A stretch of 64,000 nt of DNA from Pocillopora damicornis (Eukaryota): assembly GCF_003704095.1 (NCBI RefSeq), contig NW_020845410.1, positions 558,001-622,000 on the forward strand, read 5' to 3'. Within the stretch, counting starts at the first letter, position 1; the number at the start of each line of letters is the position of its first letter. Shown here piece by piece: positions 45,085-57,000 of the stretch. The notes under the pieces were generated by a model that saw nothing but the letters and a program-made list of their open reading frames with translations, was not told the DNA's origin and did no database searches. Made by a program: the position numbers and the translations under genes.

Positions 45085-48000
45085 CGTGGTCACTTAACTG
45101 AAGGTTGCTCTTTATCTGCTCCTTTATCTCTTCTAAAACGTATTATTTATGTACGTTGTCAATGGTTGTCAAGATTTATGCGTTTGATTTATTCGTACAG
45201 TGACACATTCCAGTGAGTTATTGAGGTTACCATCAACAACCGATTTTTCGTCTATTGAGGGTTGTATTTTGGCTGTGAGAATAATAAAACGATAGGTGGC
45301 ATTAAATACATCGTAATCACATCGCGAAGTTTCGACCTTTTAGGGGGCGTTCAACCCTCGATTAAGTTTTGCATAACGTATTTGTACATGTTAAGTTGAC
45401 ATTAAAACCATCAGAAGTTTTAGTAGTTCGGATAGATATATAAGACATGTTTGATCGGTTGAACTTTAAAAGTCATCATATTAAACTCTGTTCTCACCGA
45501 CTGATTATTTTGTATGACAAGTTTATAAAGCACATGTTGGACATGGGGACCCATCTGGTAATAAGCGAAAAAGAAAGTTAAACAAATTACTGAATTCGCG
45601 AATAGCAACCGAAGTGTGAATGATCGAGAGTTTCGATTGCGTTTTAGTAAAATGTTTTATAAGAGACTTTGACACCAGCCTCTAAAAAAATTATATTTGA
45701 CTTTGCCGGCTGGTTTTAAGTGGGGGCAAGTAAACCAAACACGCAAGGAAGCTTTCGTACCCTATTGTTTCAGTTTCACTTTGTTGTTTGTCCGGCAGTC
45801 ATTGCTCGAAGTGAAAGTCTTGGTATATTGGAAAAGTTCAAGATAAGTCAGGAATTCCTCTCACTAAAGAAGCATTCCAAGTTTTTTGGGAGGCGGTTGG
45901 TCAAGAATTTCGATCTATTTGGGTATGGTCAGTTCTACTTGAGTCGAGTGTTGGAAAAGTTTAAAACCCTTGCTCGTCGATTGTCTTTTTGCCTGTAACC
46001 CTGACAACTCTCATTCGCTCAAAAACAGTGATCTGAAACTCAGTTTGATAAAACAAATAAGTTGTAGTTTGGTAGTGGACATCCATGGACCGATTCCTCT
46101 CATTCACCGTGTCCTGATCGGACAATAGAGAGAGAAAATCCAGAAAAACCTTAAGGAAGGACTCGCGGCAAATATATGCTCCAAAATATTCAGAACACCT
46201 TATAAATTTTCAATTAAGCCTATTTCACCACAGTCACTGCCATTTTGCAGACGCCTTCCATATGTTTACTAAACAAAACACCGATTTCTTGCTTATTTAT
46301 TCAGCTTGATAACCATGGCTGATCTCCGTTTTCAGTAAACATTAGTTCTTAATTAACTCGCGCTCTAGAGCGCTGAGAAGATTAGCACTTTTTAGCTCTC
46401 CCCAGCTCTCATCTCATCTCCCTCAGTCAGTTGTTGTAAAAAACTGAATAGCTTAAGTTTCTCTCTCCGGTTTGGAAGAGGTCAGAACACATGTTCTGTT
46501 TCGGTTGTTTTTGTTTTTGATGGCTGTTTCTGTCATAGGAAAAAGACTTTGCAGCCAAAGATGCGAAACAACTCGTCCTTCCCAGGAGCACTTCAGCGTT
46601 GGCGACTGTATTTGTATGATTTCTTTCGATATCACCACAATAATATTCACTACGCTTACTTAGCTATTCAAGCTGTTCTTGATAGTGCACTCGAAGTTGG
46701 CATATATTTTAATTTTACTGAGGGAAAATTCCTGCTAAATTCAAAAAGGAGAAAATGTGAAAGCAAAAATAAATTGATCAAATTTTAAGGCGAGATCCCG
46801 CCATTAAAAATCTGGCATCGTTTTCAAAATATCGTGTGCTAATCGCGTATGGAAATAAGAGCAAACAAGATATGAGACGCGAGCAATTATTTTTGTTTTG
46901 AATGGTTTTCGATTTAGATCTTGAATGATGCTATCAGAAGTTTTTTTTGTTGTACAGGAAAATATAGGACTTAGTTATCAAGTATTTCTATGGCATGCTA
47001 TCATCGCCCATCATTGTAATGAAAAACAGCTTTTTACATTAAATATTAACTGATTACTTTCCTGCCAAATTGCCTCCGAGTAATTGAACGCATTTTAACA
47101 AACTCATTGGCTGATTGAAAAAAAAAAAAAAGCGTATAGCGTAAAGCACGCAGTTATCGGTCATGTTATTCGTGATTGGTAAGAAATTCAACCAAATGAA
47201 AGGGCAGCAGAAGTTTATTGATATGGGGAAAAAAAATTGAAAATTGTTAAATTTGAATGAAATTCTCCTCGCTCCCAACATGTGGCCGCGTAGCCCAGCA
47301 GGCACCAGTGCCCAATCACTGAAAGGATCGCGCTCAATTGAGCTCCTTTTCGAAGCCTAATTTTACTTTCCGGCTTAAATTTCTATAATTTAAGTTTACC
47401 TCACACGATCTATCCGTCGTTCAAGTCAAAATACGATATAATTCATACATTGTTTGTAGTAATCTAATAACTGATTAATAAAACATTGAACCCTTGAGCG
47501 GAAATTTAAGTTTAAATATATTTGCCTGGATTCTATTCACGATTTTTTCTCTGATTCCTTTTATATTGCATCACAAGTTTTCTGCTTCGAAATACCTTTA
47601 ATTCTCTTTTAAAACTATCATGTCAGGTTTAGCACACTAATACTTCATTTTAAGTCACAAAGGTAAGTTTTCTATTTTTGGCGCTACATGAAACATTATC
47701 TTCACTTCTTTTTATTCCATTCCAAGCAGACAAGTTATTTTTTTATGTAAACATAAATGGAAGCGTTAATGATAATTGCTCAGCCGATTCCTCTTTTTTC
47801 ATCGAAAACATAGATTATTATAATGTTTTTTGCCCGCTCGGATTGACTTGTCATGACGAACTAGCCGATTTCAAAGATGATAACAATACCTTTTTTTCAT
47901 TTATAAATTGCAAATGAAGACAGCAAGGTGCTATATTGAAAACTAATTTCCCCTTTCTCTTGTAAAACCAGCAAACAGTTTTTCAAAATATAAGCAAGAT

Positions 48001-48137
48001 AGAAATGCTAATTACTGAAATTTGTCAGAAAAATGTCAAGGGTATCACAGTCTGTTTGCTTTTTTGGCTCAATATTGGCGATTTTAGCTCAACAATTTAA
48101 TAAGTAAAAATAAGTATCGAGGAGGGGACGATTAATT

Positions 48138-50867
48138 ATGGCTGGTTTTTCACGACTGGTTTTCGCGTTTTGCCTTTTATACGTGATGTATCCTTTGACA
48201 AACTTACAAGAAACAATTGACAGGATTTTCAAAAATGGCGACGTGATTATTGGAAGCCTTCTGGCCGCACATCAGGAGAATTCGGAAGAAGGTTGCCGAA
48301 ACGTACATCTCGTTGGAATAATACGCGTCGAGGCTGCGATATTCACTATTGAGCAAATTAACAAAAACGTAAATATCCTCCCGAATGTTCAACTTGGTTA
48401 TGATATTCGAGATCATTGCATGGACAGAGCAAAAGCAATGGAACATACTTACGATTTCAGCACACACATCCATTTCTTGGAAATAGTCGAAGACTCCAAT
48501 GGCCACCCTGTCGGCAATTCCAGCGCTTGTGCGCAATGCTCTATCTCTAAAAGGAACACAACATTACCAATTGCTGCCATAGTCGGGCCCTACGGTTCAC
48601 GGAACTCACTTCAAGTTGCAGGACTTCTTCAAGTTGTGAACATTTCGGCTATAAGCCCGTCGGCAACAAGCGCAGAACTCAGCTGGTCCTTTTATAAAAA
48701 GTTCTTACGAACAGTTCCTCCGGATGGTTTTCAAGCAAGGGCAATGGCGGATCTTATTGAACACTTCAGCTGGAAATACGTAGCGGTGATCGCTGTGGAA
48801 CATTCGTACGGACTGTACGGTTTTCGTGCGCTTGAGCAAGAATCTTTTCGACGACAGACTTTTTGTATTGGATTAGTGGAATACATCACACCAACTCAAT
48901 ATGATAGTCAGTTAAAACCTGTTATTGCAAAACTTAAACGGGCAGAGAACATCAAAGTCATAATCTTGTGGATCGGAGCAACACACGCCAAGGATCTGGC
49001 AAAAGAAGCGCTCAGTCAAAATCTCATCGGAAAAGTTTGGATCATGAGCGACTCATTGGCTACTAAAACTCCAGAATATCTCGGAAACGATTTGATGAGC
49101 CTTGGAATTTACTTAGGAATTCAACCGAAGCAATTTCAAGACAGAAACTTCGAGGAGTATCTTAAACATCTCACCACAAAAACGTCTTATGAAAGGAGGA
49201 ACATAAATCCTTGGTTTGATATTATCTGGAGGAAAGAATTCAACTGCTCTACAAATAATAACATCCAGGGTTACACGCGTTGTCAGGATAATTTAACAAT
49301 AACTGATGAAGTATTTTCCAAGATGTCCGATGACTTTATTCCATATCAAATTGACGCTATTTACGCAGTCGCGCACGCACTTGATATGATCTACAAATGC
49401 AAGACACCACTCGGTTTGTTACCAAACGGAGCTTGTCCTCAAACAAAACCTTTCGTGCGATCTTCAGACGTTTTTTTGTACCTGCGTAATGTGAGTTTTC
49501 AAGGAATAACAGGTCGAATTGGATTTGACGAAAATGGCGACCCTCTGCAAGCCGTGTATGACTTTGTCAGCTTTCAGAGGAATATTGATGGCAACTATGT
49601 CAAAATGAAAATAGGTTTTTGGGAGGCTAAAGGAAATCCGATGTTAGAAATTAATGGCAGTTTAATTAAATGGAGCAATGGAAACAGCACTTTGAACAGT
49701 CAAACATCCGAAATTCCAAAATCAATATGCCTGGAGCCGTGTCCACCTGGAACACGACAAACAACGACGGTTTCTTGTTGTTGGCAATGCATTGAATGCC
49801 CTGATGGAGCGGTAAATGCGCACAAAGGATCACCAAACTGTACAAAGTGTTCTGGGACGCAGAAGTCAAATGAAAATAGAACCACATGTGTAGATCTACC
49901 AATAGAAAATCTCCATTGGAATAGCATGACTGGAATCATCTTCGCTATTTTTACCATCTTGGGATTTGTTTTTACATTCCTTACAACGGTTCTTTTCATG
50001 CGGCATTATCACACTCCAGTTGTAAAGGCTGCTAATCGTGATCTGAGTTTTATTTTGCTTTCCGACATTGCCGCGGGATTTGTTTTACCATTGTTGACAA
50101 TTTCGCAGCCCTCTCCGGCCATTTGCGCCGTTATTGAACCCTGGCGCTATATAACATCATCACTGAGTGTCTCCGTTCTATTAGTAAAGACCATGAAACT
50201 ACTAAGAGCTTTTCAAATAACTTACGTTGCAAGATGGTTGAAAAAGAGCAGCGCCAGCTCGCTGGGGCAGTTTGTGTCCGTTATTTCGTTAAACTCGATT
50301 CAAGTTATATTTGCAATTATCTGGGGTGCAGTGGATCCTCCTTTCACAAAGACTGAAATCGAAAAAGGACAATTTGTAATAATTACGTGTATTCCTTACC
50401 GAACGAGTCTAGGTCAGTTCATGGAGATAGCTATGCTCACTTATCTTTTATTTATTTGCCTTGTTTGTGCGTTCTACGCTTTTAAAGCTCGCACTCTTCC
50501 CGAGAACTTCAACGAAGCTCGCTGTATTGGTTTTGCAATGTATATCCTTCTGCTATCGTGGATTGCGTTCTTTCCTGTACAGACTTCCTTAGGAGGGTGG
50601 TATGTGGCTGTGGTATCATGTTCAACTGCCCTGGTTAATTCGTACGCTTTGCTTGCCTGCATTTTTGCACCAAAACTTTTTATCATTCTTCGCCACCCGG
50701 AGCAAAACACCCCGGAATTTCTTCGACATGAGTTAAGGACAGCTAACAGCATAAAACCATCCACTTTCTCCCACCATTCTTCGAGGGAAAAAGCTCTCAA
50801 AAAAGAAACAGTTAAAAGTCCTTTCCGACAAAAGCGTCATTGTTCTACACGTCGAAGTAGTTTATAA
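48138..50867 (+). CDS. Class C GPCR, extracellular calcium-sensing receptor / metabotropic glutamate receptor-like, intronless
   Basis: 909 aa. Signal peptide; Venus-flytrap domain (ILPNVQLGYDIRDHC, AISPSATSAELS, FLRTVPPDGFQARAM); nine-cysteine domain (PKSICLEPCPPG...CCWQCIECP); 7TM with TPVVKAANRDLS and LPENFNEAR. Confidence 0.95.
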   Translation: MAGFSRLVFAFCLLYVMYPLTNLQETIDRIFKNGDVIIGSLLAAHQENSEEGCRNVHLVGIIRVEAAIFTIEQINKNVNILPNVQLGYDIRDHCMDRAKAMEHTYDFSTHIHFLEIVEDSNGHPVGNSSACAQCSISKRNTTLPIAAIVGPYGSRNSLQVAGLLQVVNISAISPSATSAELSWSFYKKFLRTVPPDGFQARAMADLIEHFSWKYVAVIAVEHSYGLYGFRALEQESFRRQTFCIGLVEYITPTQYDSQLKPVIAKLKRAENIKVIILWIGATHAKDLAKEALSQNLIGKVWIMSDSLATKTPEYLGNDLMSLGIYLGIQPKQFQDRNFEEYLKHLTTKTSYERRNINPWFDIIWRKEFNCSTNNNIQGYTRCQDNLTITDEVFSKMSDDFIPYQIDAIYAVAHALDMIYKCKTPLGLLPNGACPQTKPFVRSSDVFLYLRNVSFQGITGRIGFDENGDPLQAVYDFVSFQRNIDGNYVKMKIGFWEAKGNPMLEINGSLIKWSNGNSTLNSQTSEIPKSICLEPCPPGTRQTTTVSCCWQCIECPDGAVNAHKGSPNCTKCSGTQKSNENRTTCVDLPIENLHWNSMTGIIFAIFTILGFVFTFLTTVLFMRHYHTPVVKAANRDLSFILLSDIAAGFVLPLLTISQPSPAICAVIEPWRYITSSLSVSVLLVKTMKLLRAFQITYVARWLKKSSASSLGQFVSVISLNSIQVIFAIIWGAVDPPFTKTEIEKGQFVIITCIPYRTSLGQFMEIAMLTYLLFICLVCAFYAFKARTLPENFNEARCIGFAMYILLLSWIAFFPVQTSLGGWYVAVVSCSTALVNSYALLACIFAPKLFIILRHPEQNTPEFLRHELRTANSIKPSTFSHHSSREKALKKETVKSPFRQKRHCSTRRSSL

Positions 50868-50962
50868 TCATGATACTACATTGTTGCTGTGCACATTAAA
50901 GTGGAAAACTAACTTGGTAGGAATCACCTAAAAAATAAAGCCTGTATAAAAAATTGAAACTC

Positions 50963-51177
50963 TTGACCCTCCTTTGACCCCCAACAGTGATATACATCTA
51001 ATTTCTCCTCACAATATCACCCCTGAATCAAACATTAAGGTCACGAGAAAAGAGGAAACGATCACTGACTAAAGAAGCACTTGATTGTTAAACAAATTCT
51101 CCTTCACAGCACCTTTGGAAATGTATAAAAAACCGTATGGAGAATATACATACTGATGTTAGGGTGTAAAGGATTAA
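50963..51177. mobile_element. TTAA-type MITE copy between the class C GPCR and the PAO 3' ends
   Basis: TTGACCCT...CCCCCAACAGTGA...AATTTCTCCTCACAATATCAC...GTTAGGGTGTAAAGGATTAA; same family as 1214-1423. Confidence 0.6.
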
Positions 51178-51732
51178 TGTGATCCGTTCTGATAAAGATA
51201 TTGCTATGATTAAATATATCAGAGGAAAGTTAATTTACTTTCAACATTGATCGCATTTCAAAAGAAAACTGGCTAAGATGAAAGATTTTGCAATATTTCC
51301 AAAGGGAGCGAGTATTCCAATGGCGTCAACTGGGTTCGTGTTGTTTGCTTATCATCTTGTAAATAACCAAGTTTGAATTCTTAACGCGCAGTTTGAATAA
51401 ATGTCACGAAACCAGAAAAAAAAAAGAATGATGCCACGCTAACAACCAATGAAAACAAAAGAAAATATTCCAAGTCTAGAATTAGCAAAACAAACAAACG
51501 CAAGAAAACTAAAAGTGACTCTCATTCATTTAAGAATTTGATTTGTGGAGAGAGCGGAGGAGAGGGGAGGGGGGGGGGGAAGGGCGGGAGCGACCAAAGC
51601 CAATCTAAAACTGCTCTGTTGAGAAGCATCATCGTCAGACAGACATGTTACACAAATGGAGTGAAATCCTTTTATTTGAGGGTCACCAGCACACGTTTAC
51701 AAACATTCTCAGTCACTCCCTGTTGTTACGTC

Positions 51733-54262
51733 TCACTTAACATATTTCTTCGCTTTTCTGTATGGCTTACACTTCTTTCCCTTCAGACAGCTGATTATCT
51801 CCTTGGCCTTAGCTTGTCCAGTGAAGTATCCACCCTGAACGAACCCCATCCACTCAGAGCTGGTGCTCTCCCCAGCAAAGAAGAGATTGCCAAGCCGACC
51901 AGCCATGTTCTCATAGTGACCCCAACTTGTGCCGACTACTGGATCTGTCCAAGCTGCCCTCACATATGGATTCTGTGACCACTTGCTGACATGGATGTCT
52001 AACAAAGAAATTTTTAAAGGAGGAAGATGGGTCAGTTGAGTTACAAGCAGATACTGTAAGCATAAAATAGTCTTTACTCATTCAACGACAGAAATTTCCC
52101 TCTCATGATGTAACTGGCGTAGATTAGTTTAAACAACTAAAACGACTCTCCAAAAGTGGAGGGAAATTAGCAAGAATTCACGGTGTGGACGTCTTGGAAA
52201 ACAGACTTCATTTTCCACTTGAAACAAACAAAAAAAATGAAATAGAATCGACATGTTCCAAAAACATCCTGACTGTTCTCCTATACCTTCTTTCATTTTG
52301 TCTACGGAACATATCTTACTAGCCGATCAGAATCAAGTCATACAAAGATTACTAACCAAAATGATAAAATACACCCAGCTCACCTGTAGCGTTAGGAATG
52401 TTTTCGCCGTAAATTTTCCTCAGAGTGGCCATCACTTCTATCATCGTTTTGGAATTGTCTTGCGCCTCAATTCTGAGTGATTCATCACCAGTCACCGATG
52501 TAAACAAAACACCCGTGCCAGGGAAGAAACCAGGTCGATCTAGGTCATAGAAAGTTGGAAACTCGCCCTTTTTCTTGCCAGCGTGCATAATCCACTCGTG
52601 ATCATCCCAGAAATCTCGCGGAAACTTAAGAAAAATCTTAGTGAAGTAAACTGGACGGAAACGATATATTACTTCCAACTTCCATTTGGGGAAAGGAGGG
52701 TCAAACTCAACTAAGCCACTGCCCAGCACTCCAGAACTGAAGGTTGACAGGGCGTAGTCTGCAATAAACTCATCTCCATCGGCTGTGGTGGCTGTAACGC
52801 TGTTATCAGAGTAGTAGATCTTGGTAACAGGCTTATTTAGCAAAATCTTCTCCCTAAACCGCATATAAAAGTCACTGAAGAGGGTCCAGTATCCTCTCTG
52901 GTCAGTGATAAAGAAATCTTCTCCCGGAAAACCCATGTTATTAAGGGATGTAACGGTTTCATCTCCACCGTACTCGAAATCAATGTCGAACCAGGAGAAG
53001 GTCCTCTTCACCGGGGAATCTGAACGCCATCCGCGCATCTTCAGGTAAACAGAGGCAGGCATGTCTCTGGGTGGGGAGTCCGATTCATCCCTTTTTTCCC
53101 CCTCTGCAAACAGTTCGTCACGAACTTTCTCCCACAGATGGAACGTTTTCAAATTAGTGATGTCGTTCCCAAAGTCATCTCTGTGCAAGAAAATGATTTG
53201 ATCATTGACATTGATTTATTGCAATAATAAGTATTTTGGCCGAGATAACTGGGAAAGGGCTGTAACGGAAAAATTTGTGAATGATATAAAAAATGATGAT
53301 GATGATAATAATATTGTCGATAATATAATAGCCAGCTGGATACACGTGGCTGATCGAGCTTGAGATCGAGCGATTGAGCGTACACTCTGACGCAAGCCAT
53401 GACAAGCGCAATCGAGCCTTACGAATAGTTCTCGCCAATCCAAGTTTTTCCTGGCCTCTAGGACGATTACGTCATAACAAGTAAGCGCCATGTGCAGAAT
53501 ATGCGAAAAGGAACCAGAAAGCCATGCTCGCGTGTTGCCGGGCCGTTCATCGCTGACGCACTCCAAATATGTGAACAATAAAAACGCTGCACCAAAAGTG
53601 CTGTTCTTTGAAGTACTGAGGGACGTCAAGTTTGCCGACTATGTTCATCCGTGGTACCCACGGATGGAACTCAAACCGATGTATGAGTCAAACGACGTGC
53701 AAATAGATTACATGGCGAAGAAGGTGCTGAGTATGGAAGTGAGCTGTCTTTGGTTGGACGACTGGGCGAGAAAGGCCACTAAGAAGATACACGAGCCATT
53801 GTGATGGAAACCTAACAGACAGTACCAGACACTAGTGTCTGGAATCGGAAATAATGTGAATAGTGATGATAATGATTATAAATATGAGTCAACTTACCGC
53901 ATACAGAAATCACTATAATTGGACAGATGTCCCGTCAAGTTGTACTTTTTGTTCAATCGATTAAGGGGATTGTCCTTCTCTTCCACGTAGTGAATCCAGT
54001 TGGCTCCTTCCTCTATCTTCATACCAGCAAAGTGCACTGACTTCATTCGCCCTCCAATGTAATCCTGAGCCTCTAACACGAGGAAGTTCCTGATGCCTCT
54101 ATCGTACAACGTTTTAGCAGCTGTAATGCCAGCAGAACCGGCTCCGAGGATTAAAACTTTATATTTCTGACGTTTCCGTTTTAGGGCGGGGAGGCCAAAG
54201 AGAGGCTGTAGAATAACCAGGATCAAAGCACATGAAAGGAATAGTTTCCAGTTGTTTTTCAT
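51733..54262 (-). CDS. Flavin-containing amine oxidase, polyamine oxidase-like, with signal peptide; 3 coding exons (54262-53898, 53180-52384, 51998-51733)
   Basis: Signal peptide MKNNWKLFLSCALILVILQPLFG; FAD-binding VLILGAGSAGITAA and LEAQDYIGGR; EEGANWI; FTKIFLKFPRDFW; W...PY...W; C-terminal LFFAGE...GFVQGGYFTG. Introns are phase 2 and phase 1 GT-AG and in frame. Confidence 0.92.
53480..53830 (+). mobile_element. Decayed 3' fragment of an RLE-type non-LTR retrotransposon in PAO intron 1
   Basis: CRICEKEPESHARVLPG...KY...NAAPKVLFFEVLRD...PWY...KPMYESND...EVSCLW...K..K..EPL resembles the CCHC zinc knuckle plus restriction-like endonuclease end of R2/R4/NeSL-type elements. The CCHC is broken and the catalytic segment appears deleted. 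Confidence 0.65.
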
Positions 54263-54389
54263 GACGTCACCACTCTGACCTGATGCCAAAACAAAACCAA
54301 ACTTGGATATTACTTCTAATTTCCAAGGGTAATAAGACTTTCAGAGAGACATCATAACGCTGACCTATCAAGCGTTTGCCCTTTGTCAT

Positions 54390-54490
54390 TTGTTCTGACG
54401 AAAGGCCAGCGCTCGAAACGTCGGCTTTGTAGTGTCTTTACGGTGTACAATTCACATCATCAGCTCATTGGATAAATCCAAATTATTTTG
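54390..54490 (+). repeat. Penelope-type terminal repeat with a minimal hammerhead-ribozyme-like core
   Basis: CTGACGA (54395-54401) - AAGGC CAGC GCTC - GAAA (54415-54418) - CGTC. This is the reverse-orientation copy of the repeat at 24395-24502. Confidence 0.5.
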
Positions 54491-55171
54491 TATTGGCCCT
54501 ACCAACAAAACACCAAAAACTCATATTAGCCCCTTTATCAATAGGACTTTCCACTTCGCGTCGCATTTGACGGCGCAATAGAATCCACTGTACTGTATTC
54601 TAATTAACATTCGTTTCTTCGTGATTCGCTCAACTTTTGAATATGATTGCTTTGTTTTACAGCAATATGTATTTACTTATCAATGGCTAAACTAGCACGA
54701 AGTAGGGCAAATAAGTCCGCTCGTTGACGTGTTTTCTCAATAAAATACTGTATGACTAAGTTTAGATAGCTCGTGATAGAGTGAACCTTTCTTGCGTTCA
54801 TGATATTTTACCTCGCTGCAATAAACATCGAAAAAATTAAACTGATCGTCCAAGATCATAGGTCAAAGTACTTTTCCTCTTTGGCGAGGACTGTCACCTT
54901 GATGTTTTCTTCAAAAACAGTCAATGATCTTACAGAAAGCATTATTCACTCTCATCGACGACTAATTCATGTATGAAGATTTGCCTCTGTTCATTAAGTA
55001 AACGGCGAGGAAAGTAACTGTAAGTAAATTCAAAATTTTTATTTTTAAGTTGTGAGAGTTTGCTCGTTTGTTTTCTACAATGGCGTGTGTAAATCTGGTC
55101 TTTCCTCCACAAAACCTAAATTCGGATGATACACTGCAACGGGACATAAGGAGATTTAATGCGGCCTTTTT

Positions 55172-55786
55172 TCATTGAATTCCTTCAGTTTCTTTCGTGC
55201 AAATTACGGTGCAAATGTCCAAACTGAACGGACTTGGAAAGACTCACCGAGAACGTATATTCGTTGTAGAGCTGAAATTAAAACTTTTCTCGCTCTTTCA
55301 CTACGAACAAATTGTTTGAGAAAATTCAGATATTAAATGAATGAAAGTTCCATCAATTAGTTCAACTGTAACCAAATACCTCACGTTTTAACTTTTTTGG
55401 GTACTTTTTGTGAAAGATTAAGTGCCACTCTTGCTAAGAGCGGTCCTCTCANNNNNNNNNNNNNNNNNNNNNNNNNNNNNNNNNNNNNNNNNNNNNNNNN
55501 NNNNNNNNNNNNNNNNNNNNNNNNNNNNNNNNNNNNNNNNNNNNNNNNNNNGGAACTTTCATTCATTTAATATCTGAATTTTCTCAAACAATTTGTTCGT
55601 AGTGAGAGAGCGAGCAAAGTTTTAATTTCAGCTCTACAACGAATATACGCTCTCGGTGAGTCTTTCCAAGTCCGTTCAGTTTGGACATTTGCACCGTAAT
55701 TTGCACTAAAGGAACTGAAGGAATTCAATGAAACTTTTTTCCGACGGGAAGTTGAGAGGACCGCTCTTGGTGAGAGTGGCACTTAA
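55172..55786. repeat. Inverted ~180-bp and ~34-bp repeats straddling the gap at 55452-55551
   Basis: 55552-55731 is the reverse complement of ~55172-55351 with a few mismatches; 55753-55786 is the reverse complement of 55418-55451. Confidence 0.85.
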
Positions 55787-56550
55787 AATTAATTGCAGAC
55801 GGTTTTTAGGCCGCTTGTCAACCAAAGTAATGACACCATTGCTTAAACAAATTCATTCTGAAACCAATATTTTTCTGTCAACCAAAGTGATTTGAGAGAG
55901 AGAAAAGAGAGGATTAATAAGATATTTATCGGCTTGAGGTAGTGACCGACGTCTTTGCTTAAAAATACTGCCCGGCCGGTAAAACTAGATGTATTTATGA
56001 AAGATGGCAACGAAAGCACTAGTAGGGATGTACTCGGCGACTCACACAAGCGTTATCGTTGCCCGTGGGCAGAGATAGGAAAATACTGACCGCGTAAAGA
56101 ACCAATCAGATTGCAGGATTCGTTACCGTGCCCTCTGAGAAAAAAAATAATCTCTCTACTTTAGTCGCTTGGTAACAAAAGTTTTATATTTGGAAAACTC
56201 TTCAGAATGATAATTAAAAGTAATCTCCCGATTTCCAAAAATGCTTATTTTATCGTCATTTTCACAAATTTTCACCTCTAAAATTGACAATTTGAAGTTA
56301 TTTAAGTATTTAACTTGATTCTCTCATATTAAAAAAATAGCAGACGTAATCCATAATTTGTCTTCGTACGCGCCACTATGCACCATTCATGCCGTTCAAC
56401 AAGATTCGCCGCATAGTTGAAGCCATGATAAATCTCCTAACTGCCCTTTTTCTTCTCTCTACCCCATTGGGAGTTTTCGCCAGGATATTAATGTTCCTCG
56501 AGATCAATGACGTTTTTTTTCTTCATCTAGGTCAGTTTAAAGTACTATAA

Positions 56551-57000
56551 GTACGCGAAAGACTAACGTTGCAATCGAATAAACGAGAATCCCAAAATTG
56601 TGCAAGATACTGAAGTACCAATCGAATGAAAGAGAATCCTAAGTGCGCGGGATACTAATGTAACTTACGAATGAAGGAGAATCCTACATTTTGCTAAGTT
56701 GTGCGAGATACTAACGTAACAATCGAATGAAAGAGAATCCTTAAAGTGCACAAAATACTAACGTAACAATTCAGTGAAAGAGGAATCCTACATGTGCGCG
56801 ATATTCTAACGTAACAATCAAAAGAGAATCCTGAAAGAACGTGAGTTACTTACGTAACAGTCACATGAAAGAGAATCCTAAAAGTGCGCGAGATGCTAAG
56901 ATAACTATCCAATGAAGGGAAACCTTAAGGTGTGCGAGATCCTAACATAACAATCCAACGAAGTTGAATTGTAAAATTGTTCAAAATACTTACATAACAC
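56551..57000. repeat. Degenerate minisatellite, ~10 copies of a ~46-bp unit
   Basis: Unit consensus GTGCGCGAGATACTAACGTAACAATCGAATGAAAGAGAATCCTAAA, repeated head-to-tail with decay toward the right end. Confidence 0.88.

Noticed and set aside
56551-57000. CRISPR-like appearance of regularly spaced repeats
   Set aside because: Units are contiguous and degenerate with no unique spacers, there are no cas genes, and the context is eukaryotic.
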